This document shows, one piece after another, positions 59,933-64,000 of a stretch of DNA of 64,000 nucleotides. The DNA lies in the NCBI GenBank assembly GCA_041665305.1, contig JBAYJD010000007.1, positions 6,512 through 70,511 of the forward strand. Reading direction: 5' to 3'. The position numbers and the translations under genes are program-made. Position 1 is the stretch's first letter. Each line of letters begins with the position of its first letter. This DNA is from Elusimicrobiales bacterium. GTDB lineage: Bacteria; Elusimicrobiota; Elusimicrobia; Elusimicrobiales; UBA9959. A model generated the notes under the pieces. It saw only the letters and a program-made list of their open reading frames with translations, searched no databases and had not been told where the DNA came from.

Positions 59933-60809
59933 GACGGGCCTTGGCTTTCCGGTACAGCCAGCCTGCGCGGTAAGAACTTCTGACCAGCGGTCCGCACAGG
60001 GCGGCTTTAAATCCCATTTTTTCCGCTTTTTTCTCCCAGGCGGAGAATTCCTCCGGCGTGACGAACCGTTCCACAGGCAGATGAGTTTTGGACGGCGCGA
60101 GGTATTGTCCCAGGGTCAGAAGGTCGCAGCCGTGCTCGAGCAGGTCGGCGAGCGTGCGCTCTATCTCTTTTTCGCTCTCGCCGAGGCCGAGCATCAGCCC
60201 CGATTTGGTCAGTATCTCCGGCCGTAGGTCATGCGCGGCTTTTATGATCCCCAGGGATCGCCGGTAATCGGCGCCTGCGCGGACCTTGCCGTACAGTTCC
60301 GGGACGGTCTCCACATTATGCCCCAGCACATCGGGGCCGGATGACAGGATCGTGGAAAGCGCTTTCAGATCCCCCTTAAGGTCGGGGATGAGCGGTTCCG
60401 TTTTAATGCTCGGATCGGCTTTGCGCAATTCCCCCACGGTCGCGGCGAAGTGCGCGGCGCCGCCGTCGGGCAGGTCGTCGCGCGTAGGCGAGGTGAAGAC
60501 GACATACTTCAGCCCCCATTTTTTGGAGAGCGTTCCCACGCGGCGTGGCTCGTGCGCATCGGGAGGTTCAGGCGTCGTTTTTGAAACGGCGCAGAAGCGG
60601 CAGGACCGGGTGCAGCTTTCGCCCAGAATAAGAAAGGTCGCTTCTCCCTGCGAAAAGCATTTCCCCTTATTCGGGCACAGGGCTTCGTCGCAGACGGTGC
60701 GCAGGCCGGCGTCCGAGAGGTCGCCTATGGCGTTTCGCGAAGAACCGTTCCGCAGTCCGGATTTGTTTTTTTTAACCTCGTCGATTATCCATTCGGGAAA
60801 TTGTGGCAT
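59925..60809 (-). CDS. lipA: lipoyl synthase
   Basis: CDEALCPNKGKC (auxiliary cluster) and CTRSCRFCAV (radical SAM), with C-terminal RSSY. Confidence 0.93.
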   Translation of the reverse strand: MPQFPEWIIDEVKKNKSGLRNGSSRNAIGDLSDAGLRTVCDEALCPNKGKCFSQGEATFLILGESCTRSCRFCAVSKTTPEPPDAHEPRRVGTLSKKWGLKYVVFTSPTRDDLPDGGAAHFAATVGELRKADPSIKTEPLIPDLKGDLKALSTILSSGPDVLGHNVETVPELYGKVRAGADYRRSLGIIKAAHDLRPEILTKSGLMLGLGESEKEIERTLADLLEHGCDLLTLGQYLAPSKTHLPVERFVTPEEFSAWEKKAEKMGFKAALCGPLVRSSYRAGWLYRKAKARHE

Positions 60810-60817
60810 GGCGCGGA

Positions 60818-62605
60818 TTACTCCGTGATCCGCAGATGAAGTTCCTTTAGTTGCTTCTCATCCAGCGGGGACGGGGCGTCCGTCATCAGGCAGGCGCCGC
60901 TGGTGGTCTTGGGGAAAGCGATCACATCCCGGATGGAGTCGGCGCCGCAGATAATGCCTATAAGCCGGTCGAAGCCGATGCCTACCCCGCCGTGCGGCGG
61001 AGCTCCGAAGTCCAGCGCGTTCACGATCATGCCGAAGCGGCGCTGGATCTCGCCGGCGGAATAGCCCATGAGGCCGAAGATCTTTTCCTGGACGGCCCGG
61101 CTGTGGTTGCGGACAGAACCGGAGCCCAGTTCCACTCCGTTAAGCACCAGGTCGAACTGGCAGGACCGGACCTTGCCCGGGTCGGTGTCCAGTTTGTGGA
61201 GTTCTTCCGGCAGGGGCGCGGTAAAGGGATTGTGCGTGAAGGTCCAGTTGCCGGATTCGGCGTCCCGTTCCAGCAGCGGGAAATGCCGCACCCAGAGCCA
61301 GGCCCATTTTTTCGCGGGGCTCCCAAGTCCCGAGGCCTCGTTCAATTTTTTATCCGAGATGAAGGCGGTCCGCAATATTCCCATATGAACGAACGGGGCG
61401 TAAGCATCGCCGACTCCGAAGAAGGTCAGCAGGCCCGGTTTTATCTCCAGTTGTTTGCGAAGGGCTTCCAGTTCTTCCGGTTTGCAGAACTTTACTATGG
61501 GGGATTCCGGTTTGGCCGGATCGTTCCAGCGGATCCAGGGCAGGCCTTTGGCCCCTTGCTTTTTAACGGCTTCCTCCAGGCGGTCTATAAGGCTTCTCGA
61601 GATCCCGGCGCCGTTTACGGTAAGGGCGGAGATCTTTCCCCCGCCGGCGGCCGCGCCGCTGAAAACTTTAAAGGCGGAGCCGCGGAACACTTCGGTAACA
61701 TCCGCGATCTCCAGAGCGTAGCGCAGGTCCGGTTTGTCGGAGCCGTATTTCAGCATCACTCCGTCATAATCCATTTCCGGGAACGGGGAGTTGAGCTCCG
61801 GATCGAGATCTTTGAAGACCTCTTTCATCATGCCTTCGACCACCGCGGCGATATCGTATTCGGTCACGAACGACATTTCGAGGTCTATCTGGGTGTGTTC
61901 GGGCTGGCGGTCGGCGCGCAGGTCCTCGTCGCGCATGGCGCGCGCGAGCTGGAAATACCGGTCCATGCCGGAGATCATAAGCAGCTGTTTGAAGATCTGG
62001 GGCGACTGCGGCAGGGCGTAGAAAGAACCGGGATTATTGCGCGACGGCACCACGAAATCCCTGGCCCCCTCCGGAGAGGATTTTGTGAGGAGCGGGGTTT
62101 CTATCTCGTTGAACTGCAAAGCGTTCAGGTAGGTCCGGACCACATGGGCGACCTTGCTTCGCAGGACCAGGTTCTTTGAAACGCGCGGCAGTCGCAGGTC
62201 CAGATAGCGGTATTTCAGGCGGGTATCCTCGTTCACACCGGCGTGTTCGCTCAGTTCGAAGGGCAGGGGCCGCGAGGCGTTCAGCACTTCGAGCGTTCCC
62301 GCTTCCACCTCTATTTCCCCGGTGGGCATGTTCATATTGGCGTTGGCGCCGGGACGGGCCGAAACTACGCCTGTGACCTTCAGGACGAATTCGCTCTTAA
62401 GTTCCTCGGCCGTTTTAAAAACCGAGTTTTCCGGCTTGACCACGATCTGCGTGACGCCGTAGAGGTCGCGCAGATTCACAAAGATGACCCCGCCGTGGTT
62501 GCGTTTGGCGTCCATCCAGCCGCACAGAGCGACGGTCTTGCCGAGATCTTTAGCGCTTAGTTCTCCGCAGTTATGCGTGCGGAGCGCAGTGGTGGTCATA
62601 GACAT
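60818..62605 (-). CDS. aspS: aspartate--tRNA ligase
   Basis: The ORF extends to 62683; the likely start is ATG 62605 (MSMTTTALRTHNCGEL) after AGGAG. Motifs FRDEDLRADRQPEHTQIDLEMSF and GGVGIGFDRL. Confidence 0.95.
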   Translation of the reverse strand: MSMTTTALRTHNCGELSAKDLGKTVALCGWMDAKRNHGGVIFVNLRDLYGVTQIVVKPENSVFKTAEELKSEFVLKVTGVVSARPGANANMNMPTGEIEVEAGTLEVLNASRPLPFELSEHAGVNEDTRLKYRYLDLRLPRVSKNLVLRSKVAHVVRTYLNALQFNEIETPLLTKSSPEGARDFVVPSRNNPGSFYALPQSPQIFKQLLMISGMDRYFQLARAMRDEDLRADRQPEHTQIDLEMSFVTEYDIAAVVEGMMKEVFKDLDPELNSPFPEMDYDGVMLKYGSDKPDLRYALEIADVTEVFRGSAFKVFSGAAAGGGKISALTVNGAGISRSLIDRLEEAVKKQGAKGLPWIRWNDPAKPESPIVKFCKPEELEALRKQLEIKPGLLTFFGVGDAYAPFVHMGILRTAFISDKKLNEASGLGSPAKKWAWLWVRHFPLLERDAESGNWTFTHNPFTAPLPEELHKLDTDPGKVRSCQFDLVLNGVELGSGSVRNHSRAVQEKIFGLMGYSAGEIQRRFGMIVNALDFGAPPHGGVGIGFDRLIGIICGADSIRDVIAFPKTTSGACLMTDAPSPLDEKQLKELHLRITE

Positions 62606-62702
62606 ATAGCTCCTGATGCGCGTACTAGATTCGTTCCTTAAACTTATGGTTCTAGGCGCTTTCGCCTCCCCGGCGGCGGGCAAATACCGCGCCTCCCTGC
62701 GG

Positions 62703-63956
62703 TCAATTCCGGCCGAGTATCCGTTTCAGTTCTGGAATAAGTTCCGCCGAGGGCACGGTCAGCTGTTCGCGTTTTTCCTTCAGGAATTTCACGGCGCAGA
62801 CGGAATTTTTAACTTCCTCTTCTCCCAGCAGAACGGCGACCGAGGCGCCCGACCTGTCGGCTGAGCGCATTTGCGATTTAAGACTTAATTCCAGATTGGA
62901 AAAATCGGCGCTGATCCCCGCCGCGCGCAGTCCGCCCAGCAGTTTGAAGGCGGCCTCCCCGGCTTCTTTGGACGCCGCAATGACGAATACCGAAGGCTCC
63001 GTGCACGGCCGGATCTTGTCCTTAAGGAGCATGACCACCCTGTCTACGCCCATTCCCCAGCCTATCGCGGGGGCCTGAGGTCCTCCCATGGACCTGACAA
63101 GATCGTCGTAGCGGCCTCCGCCCGCCACCGAACCCTGGCTGCCCAGCGCGGAGGTCTTCACTTCAAAAACGGTGCGCGTATAGTAATCCAGGCCTCGCAC
63201 AAGGTTCGGATTGACTATAACTTCCGTGCCGGAAGTTCGCAGGAGTTCCCTGGTCCCGGCAAAATGGTCGGCGCAGGCGGGGCACAGGGCCAGTTTAGGC
63301 GCTTTTTCGGCCAGGGCCGGACCGTCCGTCTTGCAGTCCAGCGCCCGCAGGGGATTTCGTTCTATGCGGCTCTTGCAGGATTCGCAGAGCGCCGTTGCGT
63401 TGGCTTTGAGATGATTAAAAAGGCTTTCGCGGTAGGCCTTGCGGCAGTCCGCGCAGCCGAGGGAATTGATCTCGACCGACAGGCCCGGGAGCCCCGCTTT
63501 TTCCAGAATTTTTACAAGCATCGCGATGCTTTCGGCGTCCGCGAAAGGCGAGGGATTTCCGATATACTCCACGCCTATCTGGGTGTGCTCGCGGTATCTT
63601 CCGGCCTGGGGGCGTTCCGCCCTGAACATGGTGCTTATGTAGTAATATTTCCCGTTCCTGCCGCTTTGGCTTAAGTTGTGTTCGATATACGCGCGGACCA
63701 CGCCCGGGGTGCCCTCGGGCCGTACGGCGACTTCGCGGCCTCCCTGATCCGTGAAGGCGTACATTTCTTTTTCCACTATATCGGTGGTGTCGCCCGTGGA
63801 TTTGACATAAAGTTCCCTGGATTCAATGGTGGGGATCCGTATTTCACTATAGCCGTAAAGCGCGAACACTTCCCGGGCGCAGGCCTCCAGCATGGTGAAG
63901 AGCGCGGATTCCGGCGGCAGGATGTCGCGGAAGCCCCGGAGCGATTGCATATTCAT
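62703..63956 (-). CDS. hisS: histidine--tRNA ligase
   Basis: 417 aa with GFRDILP, MFRAERPQAGRYREHTQIGVE and GGGRYDDLV. Confidence 0.95.
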   Translation of the reverse strand: MNMQSLRGFRDILPPESALFTMLEACAREVFALYGYSEIRIPTIESRELYVKSTGDTTDIVEKEMYAFTDQGGREVAVRPEGTPGVVRAYIEHNLSQSGRNGKYYYISTMFRAERPQAGRYREHTQIGVEYIGNPSPFADAESIAMLVKILEKAGLPGLSVEINSLGCADCRKAYRESLFNHLKANATALCESCKSRIERNPLRALDCKTDGPALAEKAPKLALCPACADHFAGTRELLRTSGTEVIVNPNLVRGLDYYTRTVFEVKTSALGSQGSVAGGGRYDDLVRSMGGPQAPAIGWGMGVDRVVMLLKDKIRPCTEPSVFVIAASKEAGEAAFKLLGGLRAAGISADFSNLELSLKSQMRSADRSGASVAVLLGEEEVKNSVCAVKFLKEKREQLTVPSAELIPELKRILGRN

Positions 63957-64000
63957 GAGTTGTTCCCCGAGATGGCGCGGAGCTTGTCCATGCTCAGCAC
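63953..64000 (-). CDS. 3' end of an unidentified upstream gene (last 15 codons; ATGA overlap with hisS)
   Basis: The minus-strand frame ...VLSMDKLRAISGNNS* ends at TGA 63955-63953, overlapping the hisS ATG. Too short to identify. Confidence 0.3.
   Translation of the reverse strand: MLSMDKLRAISGNNS

Noticed and set aside
60851-62179. 442-aa plus-strand ORF antisense to aspS
   Set aside because: An antisense artefact. The aspS class II motifs are on the minus strand.

Overview
This is a 64-kb GC-rich bacterial chromosomal segment. Gene content (OM beta-barrel proteins, LolA-like, DUF2723) suggests a diderm, possibly uncultivated lineage, but the taxon cannot be fixed from sequence alone. It holds about 55 protein genes and one tRNA-Ala(CGC). 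I found no rRNA, no CRISPR array, and no recognisable phage or known defence genes. The backbone is housekeeping: mtnA (partial), yggS-yggU, groES-groEL behind a sigma70-type promoter with two CIRCE operators, an ftsK/lolA-like/pgsA/pgpA envelope cluster, a BCCP-like gene, pnp-rpsO, an ABC-F ATPase, glnA, cinA, ppdK-gmk-rpoZ-like, family-4 UDG, priA, tyrS, thpR-mltG, asnS, lipA and aspS-hisS. Unusual content: (1) a five-gene translationally coupled Ser/Thr-signalling operon at 6050-13778 (REC+GGDEF-like with GGDDF, membrane Hanks kinase, CHASE2-Hanks kinase, PP2C, FHA). (2) A three-gene envelope operon at 27663-33335: a beta-barrel OMP plus two secreted proteins sharing an NTF2-like module. 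(3) A visibly AT-richer ~2-kb island at 48.2-50.3 kb. It carries a RAYT-type Y1 transposase gene bracketed by inverted REP doublets, and a trypsin-like protease gene bracketed by two 64/65-identical direct REP doublets. (4) Three copies of a 25-nt A5T5 palindrome element with related flanks, in intergenic regions at 1.7, 14.5 and 35.4 kb. (5) An orphan consensus promoter followed at once by an intrinsic terminator with a C-rich loop (14657-14747), a candidate ~55-nt sRNA. (6) groES interrupted by a frameshift. (7) A PriA whose ATPase motifs I, II and VI are all degenerate. Many long antisense ORFs in the track are GC-driven artefacts. All calls rest on reading the sequence and translations by eye; no searches or computations were run.
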